A DNA stretch of 64,000 nucleotides from an uncultured Burkholderiales bacterium (lineage in GTDB: Bacteria; Pseudomonadota; Gammaproteobacteria; Burkholderiales; Burkholderiaceae_C): positions 64,904-128,903 of the forward strand of contig CAILYC010000001.1 in assembly GCA_903838355.1 (NCBI GenBank). The letters are read 5' to 3'. Below the pieces are notes generated by a model. The model had not been told where the DNA came from. It did no database searches and was given only the letters and a program-made list of their open reading frames with translations. Position numbers and translations under genes: made by a program. This document shows positions 9,359-18,758 of this stretch, in pieces; within the stretch, counting starts at the first letter, position 1, and each line of letters starts with the position of its first letter.

Positions 9359-10856
9359 GCGTGTCCTCCCACAACCCACTCATCCACACGCCCACTTCTG
9401 AGAGTGTGGCCTCTTGGCGCAAGATGCTTGGTGACAACCGGCCTTGCGCCATCACGTACAAACGGTCGCAGATCTCAAAAAGCTCCTCGAGCTCTTCGCT
9501 CACCACCAAGACCGCACATCCTTCTCGCTTCAAGGCGAGCACTTGCGCACGAATTTGAGCGGCCGACCCCACATCCACACCCCAAGTGGGCTGGGAGACG
9601 ACAAAAACCTTTGGATGGGCATCCATCTCACGGCCCATGATGAACTTTTGCAAATTGCCACCCGACAGCGACTTGGCCTTGGATTGGGGTCCATTGGACT
9701 TCACGTTAAAGCGCTGCAAGATTTGGCGGGTTTGTTCAAACAAGGCCTGGGGCTGGATAAAGCCTCGGGCACTCAAGGTTTCTTCTCGGGTGAGCATCAT
9801 GTTGTCTTGCAGTGACATGTCGGCCACCACATTGCGCCCCAAGCGGTCTTCCGCCACGACATGCAAGCCCACCTCGCGGCGATGCCGTGGACCCCAATGG
9901 CCCACCGCTTGGCCCATGAGCTCAATGCTTTGGGGTGCGGCGCGGACATCTTCGCCCGAGAGCGCCATCAGCAGCTCTCGCTGCCCGTTGCCGGACACAC
10001 CGGCAACACCCACCACCTCACCCGAGTGCACATTCAAGCACACGTCTTTTAAGTCCACGCCAAACTGCTCGAGCGCCGACAAACTCAGAGACTGCACCAA
10101 CAAGCGCACTTCACCCGTTTCTTGGACTTCTCGCACCAAGGCAGGAGGCTCCGCGCCAATCATGAGGCGACTCAAAGACTCGTTGCTTTCTTGACCCGGG
10201 CGACACACGCCCGTCACGCGCCCACTTCTAAGCACCGTGCAGTGGCTGCACAACTCGCGAATTTCATGGAGTTTGTGGCTGATGTACAAAATGCTGCAAC
10301 CCTGGGCCGAAATGCGTTTGAGCACTTCAAAGAGCTTTTCCACGGCTTGTGGGGTGAGCACGGAAGTGGGTTCATCCATGATGAGCAACTGAGGCTCGGT
10401 GAGGAGAGCACGGATGATTTCAACGCGCTGCATCTCCCCCACCCCCAAGGTGTGAACCGGGCGGTTGGGATCAATCTCCAAACCATAGGCCTGGGCCTTC
10501 TCTGCGATCAAAGCGCTCACCTCGTCCAAGCTCAGTGAGCTTTGCAGCCCTAGCCAAACGTTTTGCGCAACGGTGAACGTCTCAAACAAGCTGAAATGCT
10601 GAAACACCATGCTGATGCCCAGGGTTCGGGCATGTTGCGGGGACTTCACTTGAACATGATGGCCATTGAAGATGATCTCGCCCGAGTCGGGCATCACCGC
10701 GCCGTAGATGATTTTCATCAGCGTGGACTTGCCAGCGCCGTTTTCCCCCAAAACCGCGTGGATCTCCCCCGCCTGCACCTGCAGAGAAATTCCATCATTG
10801 GCCACCACCGAGGGATAACGCTTGGAGATGCCTCTAAGGTCTAGACGAAGGGTCAT
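9351..10856 (-). CDS. ABC transporter ATP-binding protein (double NBD, CUT2)
   Basis: GENGAGKST, DEPT, LSGGNLQK, QPTWGVD. Confidence 0.92.
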   Translation of the reverse strand: MTLRLDLRGISKRYPSVVANDGISLQVQAGEIHAVLGENGAGKSTLMKIIYGAVMPDSGEIIFNGHHVQVKSPQHARTLGISMVFQHFSLFETFTVAQNVWLGLQSSLSLDEVSALIAEKAQAYGLEIDPNRPVHTLGVGEMQRVEIIRALLTEPQLLIMDEPTSVLTPQAVEKLFEVLKRISAQGCSILYISHKLHEIRELCSHCTVLRSGRVTGVCRPGQESNESLSRLMIGAEPPALVREVQETGEVRLLVQSLSLSALEQFGVDLKDVCLNVHSGEVVGVAGVSGNGQRELLMALSGEDVRAAPQSIELMGQAVGHWGPRHRREVGLHVVAEDRLGRNVVADMSLQDNMMLTREETLSARGFIQPQALFEQTRQILQRFNVKSNGPQSKAKSLSGGNLQKFIMGREMDAHPKVFVVSQPTWGVDVGSAAQIRAQVLALKREGCAVLVVSEELEELFEICDRLYVMAQGRLSPSILRQEATLSEVGVWMSGLWEDTHA

Positions 10857-10939
10857 GTCGGTAGGACTGGAGTAATTCAGTGGGTTTGAGGAGATTGTGA
10901 TTCGAAGGACTGCGCTTGAGGCTGTTTTGATGGGATCCA

Positions 10940-10955
10940 AGCAAGGCCAATGCCA
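10940..10955 (-). promoter_or_regulatory. Sigma54 -24/-12 promoter of the BMP-ABC operon
   Basis: Minus strand TGGCATTGGCCTTGCT (GG-N10-GC). Confidence 0.7.
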
Positions 10956-11074
10956 CAGATAAAAGTTTTTTCAATAAGTCTGCCATCTACAAAGCAAGCC
11001 GTTGGGGCAATCTTAAGCCCAAAGTCCCTGTTTTTTTCTCGCCAATAGCCTAGATTTTTCCCTGCAAATGGCCG

Positions 11075-11091
11075 TGCACCAACATGACGCA
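11075..11091. promoter_or_regulatory. NtrC-like enhancer site
   Basis: TGCACCAACATGACGCA versus TGCACC-N5-GGTGCA, about 120 bp upstream of the sigma54 site. Confidence 0.55.
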
Positions 11092-11156
11092 GAAAACCAG
11101 ACCCCAAGTGGAGGTGAAAATTTCACAGCACCATCATTGCACAAAAAGACGCAAGA

Positions 11157-12473
11157 TCACAAAATCAAGATGGCCCTGAAATCGTTGACGTTGGTGAGGG
11201 TCGGTCCCGTGATCACCAAGTCCGACAAGGCGTTGAAAAACCCGTGCGAATCATGGCGCTGCGCGTACTCGTTGACCCATAGGCCCAGTGCTGCCGCTTT
11301 GGACAGGGTGTGGGGCCCGATCCTGGCCCCCGCACTGTTTGAACTGCCATCAATCCCATCGGTGTCGGCCACCAAAGCCCAAACCCCTGGCGCGCCGTTC
11401 AACGCCTTGGCCAAAGACAAACAAAACTCACCCGCACGACCGCCACGACCCTGGCTCGCACCCGTGGGCATGCTGTCGGGTTTGCCCAAGGTGACCGTGG
11501 TCTCCCCGCCACTCAAGAGCACACAGGGCTTGCGAAAGGCACCCATTCCTTGCTGGGCATAACGTGCCAAGCTCGCGTGCACCATCGCCACATCCTTGGA
11601 CTCGCCTTGGATGTCATCGGCCAAAATATAAGCTTCAAGTCCCAGTCGCTTGGCATGCTCGGCTGCGGCATTCAAGGCATCGTTGGCACAGGCGATGATC
11701 CTAACTTCCCCCACTGAGGCAGGAAAGTCGTGAGCCTTTGGGGTTTCGAGTTCACCTCGGCCCAAGGCCCCCAAGGTGAGTTGAGGCAGTGAAATGCCAT
11801 AGCGGCGCAAAGTTTCAAACGCCTCTTGCGACGTGCTCAAATCGGCGACGCTTGGGCCACTGGCGATGGTTTGCGGGTCGTCACCAGGCACATCGCTGAT
11901 GCACAAGGTGAGCACCCGCGCCGGTTGGAGGGCCTGCAGCAACCGGCCGCCCTTGATCTGTGAGAGGTGTTTGCGAACTGCGTTCATCTCGCCAATACTG
12001 GCCCCACTTTGCAACAAGGCACGATTCACGGCTTGTTTGTCCTCCAGAGTCAAGCCATCGATGGGCAAACACAAAAGAGATGATCCCCCGCCAGAGATCA
12101 ACACCACCACCAAGTCCTCAACACTCAGACCCTTGGCCAAAGCCAACATGGTTTGGGCAGCCCGCATGCTGTTCGTGTCGGGCACTGGGTGTGAGGCCTC
12201 GATCACCTCAATGCGGGAGTGTTGGCGGTCAAACTGAGCCGGCACATGGCCATAGGGCGTGACCACCATGCCGCTCAAAGGCGATGATGGATGAAGTCTG
12301 CACCAAGCTTCTTCCAAGGCCATGGCCATGGAGACACTGGCCTTGCCAGCCCCCAGCACCAAGGTCCTGCCTTTGGGGGGGTGTGGTAAGTGGGCCTGCA
12401 CCAAAGATTGGGGACTCGAGCGCTCAATGGCCACTTGAAACAATTGCTCTAAAAACTCAAAGGGTTCTATCAC
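11157..12473 (-). CDS. Glycerate 2-kinase (TtuD/MOFRL family)
   Basis: GAGKA, SGGGSSL, RKHLSQIKGG, SGGETTVT, DTDGIDG, TNVNDFR. Confidence 0.9.
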   Translation of the reverse strand: MIEPFEFLEQLFQVAIERSSPQSLVQAHLPHPPKGRTLVLGAGKASVSMAMALEEAWCRLHPSSPLSGMVVTPYGHVPAQFDRQHSRIEVIEASHPVPDTNSMRAAQTMLALAKGLSVEDLVVVLISGGGSSLLCLPIDGLTLEDKQAVNRALLQSGASIGEMNAVRKHLSQIKGGRLLQALQPARVLTLCISDVPGDDPQTIASGPSVADLSTSQEAFETLRRYGISLPQLTLGALGRGELETPKAHDFPASVGEVRIIACANDALNAAAEHAKRLGLEAYILADDIQGESKDVAMVHASLARYAQQGMGAFRKPCVLLSGGETTVTLGKPDSMPTGASQGRGGRAGEFCLSLAKALNGAPGVWALVADTDGIDGSSNSAGARIGPHTLSKAAALGLWVNEYAQRHDSHGFFNALSDLVITGPTLTNVNDFRAILIL

Positions 12474-12713
12474 GGCTCAACCTCTCTGATCAATTCAAAA
12501 GCCAGCGCTCAACACCAAAGAGGCGTGGCATAAAAAAAGAATATCATTGCCCATCATAGCGCGGGCTGACTTCTTCGGTTGGCAAACATCGCTGTTTTTT
12601 CTTCCTACAAGGGTCCATCAAGGTCCCCAACCATGCACTGGCGGGTCAACAGCGAACGCGTTGATTCGCCAGCGCATTGAATTGATGGTTTTTTTTCTTG
12701 AGACCTTGAGCAC

Positions 12714-14129
12714 ATGACTTCACTTTTTATCCACCATGCGCATTGCATCACCACCCAAAACGACCATGCGAGCGAAATCTTTGGGGGGTCCATCTACATC
12801 GAAGACGGTTTGATCAAGGACGTGATGAGCGCAGAGGAATTTATCTTGCGTGGCGAGCCAATGCTCAAAAGCGCCGAGCGTGTAATCGACGCACGCCATC
12901 ACTTGGTGACACCCGGCTTGATCAACTGTCACCACCACATGGTGCAATCCTTGACCCGTGCGGTCAAGGGTGTTCAAAACGCCGAATTGTTTTCTTGGCT
13001 TAAGGGGCTTTACCCTTTGTGGGCGGGCTTGACGCCCGAGATGATTGGGGTCTCGCACCAAGTGGCCATGGCCGAGTTGCTGCTCTCAGGTTGCACCACC
13101 AGCAGCGACCACCTCTACATTTACCCCAACGGGGTCAGGTTAGAAGACAGCATCCAAGCCGCCCAGACCATGGGACTGCGCTTCACGGCCACCCGTGGGA
13201 GCATGAGTGTGGGTCAATCCAAGGGTGGACTTCCACCGGACAATGTGGTGGAAAAAGAAGCGGACATATTGACCGTCTCGCAGCAACTGATAGAAAATTG
13301 GCACGACGCGCAGCACGGCTCCATGCTGCAAATTGCTCTGGCACCTTGTTCGCCTTTTAGTGTGAGTCCAGACCTGATGCGTGAGTCGGCCAAACTCGCC
13401 AGGGCCTATGGCGTGAGACTGCACACCCACTTGGCGGAAAACGACCACGATGTGGCGTACACCCAAGAGAAGTTCAATTGCACACCGGCTCAGTTCGCTG
13501 AAAACCTTGACTGGGTGGGCCATGATGTGTGGCACGCGCATGGCGTGAAAATCGATGAGCAAGGAATGAATTTGTTTGCCAAAACGCGCACCAGTATTTC
13601 GCACTGCCCGTGCAGCAATATGCGACTGGCCAGTGGCATATTACCCCTGAGAAAACTCTTGAACCTGGGGGTGAATGTGGGTCTAGGGGTCGATGGCAGC
13701 GCAAGCAACGATGGGGCACACTTGCTCGGCGAAGCTCGCCAGGCCATGCTCTTGGCACGCGTGGCCAAGTCACTTGAGCCCTTTGGTTGTGACACTGGCC
13801 CCCAAGAGATGACGCCGCGCGATGCTTTGAGGCTCGCCACGCGAGGAGGCGCAAAAACCTTGGGTCGCCAAGACATTGGGCAAATTGAGGTGGGGTATTG
13901 CGCTGACTTGGCGCTGTTCAGAACCGACACGCTTGAACAAGCCGGGGCTGCTGTGCATGACCCGGTTGGCGCGCTTATGCTCTGCGCCAGTCAAAATGCA
14001 GACTACACCATCGTCAATGGCGAGGTCTTGGTTGAGGGTGGCGAGCTCACGCGTTTGGAGTTGACTCCGCTGATTCGTCGCCACAACCAACTCGCCATGG
14101 ACCTCGTTGAAAAAGCCCGCAACGTTTGA
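12714..14129 (+). CDS. 8-oxoguanine deaminase (amidohydrolase superfamily)
   Basis: HHHMVQ, APCSPFS, HTHLAE, HCPCSNMRL, GVDGSASND. Confidence 0.85.
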   Translation: MTSLFIHHAHCITTQNDHASEIFGGSIYIEDGLIKDVMSAEEFILRGEPMLKSAERVIDARHHLVTPGLINCHHHMVQSLTRAVKGVQNAELFSWLKGLYPLWAGLTPEMIGVSHQVAMAELLLSGCTTSSDHLYIYPNGVRLEDSIQAAQTMGLRFTATRGSMSVGQSKGGLPPDNVVEKEADILTVSQQLIENWHDAQHGSMLQIALAPCSPFSVSPDLMRESAKLARAYGVRLHTHLAENDHDVAYTQEKFNCTPAQFAENLDWVGHDVWHAHGVKIDEQGMNLFAKTRTSISHCPCSNMRLASGILPLRKLLNLGVNVGLGVDGSASNDGAHLLGEARQAMLLARVAKSLEPFGCDTGPQEMTPRDALRLATRGGAKTLGRQDIGQIEVGYCADLALFRTDTLEQAGAAVHDPVGALMLCASQNADYTIVNGEVLVEGGELTRLELTPLIRRHNQLAMDLVEKARNV

Positions 14130-14144
14130 GCCTTTGCGCTCAAT

Positions 14145-15389
14145 TCAAGGTGCAGTTTTTGCACCTTGCTCATACCAGCGCCCAATGAGCGCACGCTCTT
14201 GAGGGGTGATGCCCGTTGCATTGTTCATGGGCATTTGCGCAAGGACCACTGCTTGCTGGTAGATGTTCAACGCGTTTTGAGCCACACCTTGGGGTGAATC
14301 GAGCCGAATGTTTTTCATTTGCATGGCCGCACCATGACACGGGTAACAACGCGCCTCGAGCACGACACTCAAAGCCTTGTAATCCACGATTTGTTCTCTC
14401 ACTTGGGGACCCATGGGTGGGTCGCCCTGAGCATTGCCCTCAGGTGAGGCTTGCGGCGCCATCGCCACAATCACGCCCAAGATGAAGACGCAGCCCAGCA
14501 GGGCATAAGGCCAAGGGTTGGATGCACGACCTTGATGGTAGGCGTGGCGTTGAACAAAGAACTGGCGAATCAAAGCACCGGCCAACATCATCACCACCAA
14601 AATGATCCAATGCTGGGGATGGGTGTATAAAAACCCGTAATGATTGCTCATCATTGCAAAAATCACAGGCAGGGTGAAGTACGTGTTGTGCACACTGCGC
14701 TGCTTGCCGCGCTTGCCGTGCATGATCAACTCTTGCGCGGGCAATTTGGGGCCCGTGGTCATGGCTTGCACCACCTTGCGCTGGCCTGGGATGATCCAAA
14801 AAAACACATTGGCCGACATGCTGGTCGCAATCATGGCCCCGATCAATAAAAACGCAGCACGACCCGCAAACCAATGGCAGGCCAAATAGGACGCCAAGGT
14901 GATCACACCGATCATCACCCCACCCACCCAGCGTTCGCCATTTTCGCGAAACCCAAGCCACTGACACACACGGTCATAAACCAACCAAAAGACGACCAAA
15001 AAAGCCAAGGCCAAAACGCTCGCTTGCGTTGGTGTCCATGCCACCAAAGAGGGATCGATCAAAAACGTTTTGGCGTTGTAGAGGTAGAGCACCGAAAACA
15101 GTGAAAAACCACTCATCCAAGTGAAATAACTTTCCCAATAAAACCAATGCAATTTGCTGTGAATCTTTTGTGGCGCCACCAAGTATTTTTGTGGATTGTA
15201 AAAACCGCCCCCATGCACAGCCCACATGGCGCCGTCCACCCCTTTTTCCAGCAAATCAGGGGATGTGGGCTTGACCAAATTGCTGTCTAAAAAGACAAAA
15301 TAAAAGGATGAACCCACCCAAGCGATCACTGTGATCAAGTGCAACCACCGCAAAAGCAAATTGGCCCACTCCAGATAATAGGGATCCAT
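14145..15389 (-). CDS. puuD: Membrane urate hydroxylase PuuD with C-terminal cytochrome c
   Basis: LLRWLH, HGGGFY, WFYWESY, RSVHNTYFTLPV; CYPCH heme motif. Confidence 0.9.
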   Translation of the reverse strand: MDPYYLEWANLLLRWLHLITVIAWVGSSFYFVFLDSNLVKPTSPDLLEKGVDGAMWAVHGGGFYNPQKYLVAPQKIHSKLHWFYWESYFTWMSGFSLFSVLYLYNAKTFLIDPSLVAWTPTQASVLALAFLVVFWLVYDRVCQWLGFRENGERWVGGVMIGVITLASYLACHWFAGRAAFLLIGAMIATSMSANVFFWIIPGQRKVVQAMTTGPKLPAQELIMHGKRGKQRSVHNTYFTLPVIFAMMSNHYGFLYTHPQHWIILVVMMLAGALIRQFFVQRHAYHQGRASNPWPYALLGCVFILGVIVAMAPQASPEGNAQGDPPMGPQVREQIVDYKALSVVLEARCYPCHGAAMQMKNIRLDSPQGVAQNALNIYQQAVVLAQMPMNNATGITPQERALIGRWYEQGAKTAP

Positions 15390-15429
15390 GAATCAAAACT
15401 CCAATACTTTAAAAAATCATCACACGCGT

Positions 15430-15446
15430 CGCACCTTCATGGTGCA
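15430..15446. promoter_or_regulatory. NtrC-like palindrome between xdhC and puuD
   Basis: cGCACC-TTCAT-GGTGCA matches 11 of 12 consensus positions. Confidence 0.5.
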
Positions 15447-15476
15447 GTCAATCTTGCGAAATCCATCAGCCCAACA

Positions 15477-16376
15477 TCACCCTTGAGGAGATGACGGCTG
15501 CCAAGACGGGTCTTGCTGAGCTTGCAGTTGCAGCAATCGTGCCGCCGCTGACAAAGCAATCACTTCAGGCTCTTTGCCCTCAATGCCAGGCAAACCGATG
15601 GGGCACTCCACCGTATCGAGTTCAACTTGGGTGAAACCGCGGTCGCGCAAGCGGTTCTGGAAAGTGGCCCATTTGGTGGCACTCCCAATGAGGCCGATAC
15701 TGGCCAAGTCACGGCGACTTCTTTGGCGATGCAAACATCGCGCCACAATGTCCAAATCTTCTGCATGGCTAAAGCTCATGATCAACACATGGGACTGGGG
15801 CAACAGAGCCTCCACGGCGAGGTGCACAGGATCTGAATGCTCCATGGTCACGTGGGGAAACTCCTGCTGCAAAAAAATGTCTTCCCGCGAATCGATCCAG
15901 GTCAACGTCCAAGGCAGTGTGCTCATCACCCGCACCAAGGACCTCCCGACATGACCCGCACCAAACAAGGCGAGACTTGGCTCTGGGCTGAGTAAAGTCT
16001 GTGCCAAACGGGCTTGGTCCTTCACGCCCACCTTCTCAAAACTCAAATGCACCACACCACCACAGCATTGACCCAAACTCGGCCCCAGGGGATAACGCAG
16101 CACTTGCGTGCTGGGGTCTTGTGGGCCAAGGCTGTTCGAGGGGGACAGCACCTTGGCGCCATCCTTCAACATGGAGATCGCCTTCTCTGTGGCCTGGTAT
16201 TCCAGTTGGCCGCCACCCAAGGTGTTGATCAAAATACCACCCGGCAGCACGGCCATCCAAGCCCCCACGTCGCGCGGGGCCGAACCCTGAACCGATTGAA
16301 CGCTCACCAACACAGCGCAACTCTCGCCTTGCAGCGCTTGGAGTGCCTTCAAGAGAACGTTTAAGGACCTGTTCAA
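15477..16376 (-). CDS. xdhC: Xanthine dehydrogenase accessory protein XdhC
   Basis: GSAPR, GGGQLE, LGQCCGG, FGAGHVG, GLIGSATK, CPIG. Confidence 0.9.
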   Translation of the reverse strand: MNRSLNVLLKALQALQGESCAVLVSVQSVQGSAPRDVGAWMAVLPGGILINTLGGGQLEYQATEKAISMLKDGAKVLSPSNSLGPQDPSTQVLRYPLGPSLGQCCGGVVHLSFEKVGVKDQARLAQTLLSPEPSLALFGAGHVGRSLVRVMSTLPWTLTWIDSREDIFLQQEFPHVTMEHSDPVHLAVEALLPQSHVLIMSFSHAEDLDIVARCLHRQRSRRDLASIGLIGSATKWATFQNRLRDRGFTQVELDTVECPIGLPGIEGKEPEVIALSAAARLLQLQAQQDPSWQPSSPQG

Positions 16377-16403
16377 CGTGAATGGCTGTCCAAGGGGTGG
16401 GCG

Positions 16404-18758
16404 TCAAACGGCTTGCGCAGCACGCAAGGCTTCACAGGCCATCAAAATGCGCTCAGGAGTAGCCGGCGCATCCATGTTCAAAGGAACTCGGTGGTTGGCA
16501 CTGGCACTGACGGCTTCACGCAGCGCAAAGTAAGTCGATAGTGCCAGCATCAAGGGTGGCTCTCCCACAGCTTTGCTGTAAAAAGGGGTGGGCTTGACGT
16601 TGCTGCCGTCAAAGAACTCCACCTTGAAGTGTTCAGGAATATCCCCTGCAACGGGAATTTTATAAGTGCTTGGTCCATGGGTGAGAAGTTTGCCCTTGGC
16701 GCTCCAGATGCACTCCTCCATGGTGAGCCAACCCATGCCTTGCACGTAACCACCCTCGATTTGCCCCATATCAATGGCTGGGTTGATGCTTTGACCCACA
16801 TCGTGCAAGATGTCGACCGCCTTGAGCCACCATTCGCCGGTCATGGTGTCGATCTCGACCTCGCTCACCGCAGCACCATAGCAGTAGTAATAAAAAGCAC
16901 GACCCCACAAGGTATTGAAGTCATAGGCGATCTCTGGGGTTTTGTAAAACCCCGTCACCGACAGGCCCACGCGATCCAACCAGGCCTGGATGATCAAGTC
17001 TTTCCAAGGCATGCTCAAGCGCCCAAACCACGCCTGGTTTTGTGCAAAGACGACTTCATTGGGTGCACAACCCAAGCGTTGAGCCGCGACGTGACTCAAG
17101 CGTTCACGCATTTGTTGACACGCATGGTTGATGGCGGCCCCATTGATGTCGGCGCCACTGGACGCGGCTGTGGCCGAAGCATTGGGGACTTTTTGTGTAT
17201 CGGCTGCAGTCACCCTCACCCAATCCACGCTCAACCCCAAGCCGTCTGCAGCGACTTGGGCCATCTTGGTGTTCAAGCCCTGCCCCATCTCCGTGCCACC
17301 ATGGTTGACACTCACAGATCCATCTTGGTAGATGTTGAGCAGCGCACCACCTTGGTTGAGCATGGTGGCGGTGAAACTGATGCCAAACTTCAGGGGCACC
17401 AAAGACAAACCGCGCTTGCGCTGAACATGTTGGGCATTGAAGGCATTGACTTGCGCGCGGCGTTCCTGGTAGCCCGACTGAACTTCCAACTGCGCCAAAA
17501 TTTTGTCGCCCACCCAATCTTCAATCTGTTGCCCATATTGAGTGGTCATGGTCTGCGGGTTTCCCGACGTTTTGGGGTCTTGGTATAAATTGGCGCGGCG
17601 CACAGCCAATGAGTCCAGCCCCAAACGCTGGGCAATTTCCTCAATCACCGTCTCTATGGCAAACATGCCTTGCGGCCCCCCAAAGCCGCGGAAGGCAGTG
17701 GCACTTTGCATATGGGTTTTGCAGCGGTGGGTGATGACCTTGAGATTGGGTAAATAGTAACAATTGTCAATGTGCAGCAAGGCACGGTCGTTCACTGGAC
17801 CCGAAAAATCGGTGCTGTAGCCGCAACGTGAATAAAGCACCACATCCACACCCAAAATTTTGCCTTGATCGTCAAACCCCACCTCGTAATCCGCCCGGAA
17901 ATCATGGCGCTTGCCCGTGATGGTCATGTCGTCATCGCGGTTGGCCCGCAGTTTCACGGGACGTTTGAGCTTGAAAGCGGCCAAGGCTGCACTCTGGCTA
18001 AAAATACTCGCTTGCCCCTCTTTGCCACCAAATGCTCCCCCCATGCGCCGACAAATCACCTCCACGTCATGGGTGGACAGATTCAGCGCAGCAGCAGCCT
18101 CGCGCTGATTGCCGTCTGGGTGCTGGGTCGAGACATACAAGGTCAACTGATCGTCCTCCTTGGGAATGGCATAGGTCACCTGTCCTTCAAGATAAAACTG
18201 TTCTTGCTGACCACAGGTGGTTTGACCTTTGAGTCGGTGGGGAGAGTTTTGGATGGCAGCGTCGGGGTTTCCACGGGCAATGCTCTTGGCGGGCATGATG
18301 AAGGACTGCTGCGCCATCGCCTCATCAATGGTCAAAATGGCGGGCAACTCTTTGACAAAGACTTGGGCATTCTTGGCCGCCTCGCGGGCATAGAGCATGT
18401 CACGCGCCACGACGACTGCGATGGGTTGACCCACATACATGACCTGCTGATTCGCCAAAAATGGGTCATCGTGCACGATGGGGCCACAATTGTTTTCACC
18501 AGGAATGTCCTCGGCCGTGAACACCGCCACCACGCCGTGCTGCGCCAAGAGGGCCGACTTGTCAACGCCCGAGCCAATCAAGTCACCATGCGCAACTGGT
18601 GATAGCACCAAGGCGGCATAAAGCGTTCCCGCCAATTCGGGCACGTCGTCTGTGTACACGGCTTGGCCGCTCACATGCAAGTGGGCAGACTCGTGCACCA
18701 AGTCGCGACCTTGTTGAGCGCCAAGGATCAATTGATCAATTTTGTCGGGAGCATTCAT
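16404..18758 (-). CDS. xdhB: Xanthine dehydrogenase molybdopterin subunit
   Basis: RMGGAFGGKE, AFRGFGGPQG, GGTEMGQG, SKAVGEPP. Confidence 0.95.
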   Translation of the reverse strand: MNAPDKIDQLILGAQQGRDLVHESAHLHVSGQAVYTDDVPELAGTLYAALVLSPVAHGDLIGSGVDKSALLAQHGVVAVFTAEDIPGENNCGPIVHDDPFLANQQVMYVGQPIAVVVARDMLYAREAAKNAQVFVKELPAILTIDEAMAQQSFIMPAKSIARGNPDAAIQNSPHRLKGQTTCGQQEQFYLEGQVTYAIPKEDDQLTLYVSTQHPDGNQREAAAALNLSTHDVEVICRRMGGAFGGKEGQASIFSQSAALAAFKLKRPVKLRANRDDDMTITGKRHDFRADYEVGFDDQGKILGVDVVLYSRCGYSTDFSGPVNDRALLHIDNCYYLPNLKVITHRCKTHMQSATAFRGFGGPQGMFAIETVIEEIAQRLGLDSLAVRRANLYQDPKTSGNPQTMTTQYGQQIEDWVGDKILAQLEVQSGYQERRAQVNAFNAQHVQRKRGLSLVPLKFGISFTATMLNQGGALLNIYQDGSVSVNHGGTEMGQGLNTKMAQVAADGLGLSVDWVRVTAADTQKVPNASATAASSGADINGAAINHACQQMRERLSHVAAQRLGCAPNEVVFAQNQAWFGRLSMPWKDLIIQAWLDRVGLSVTGFYKTPEIAYDFNTLWGRAFYYYCYGAAVSEVEIDTMTGEWWLKAVDILHDVGQSINPAIDMGQIEGGYVQGMGWLTMEECIWSAKGKLLTHGPSTYKIPVAGDIPEHFKVEFFDGSNVKPTPFYSKAVGEPPLMLALSTYFALREAVSASANHRVPLNMDAPATPERILMACEALRAAQAV

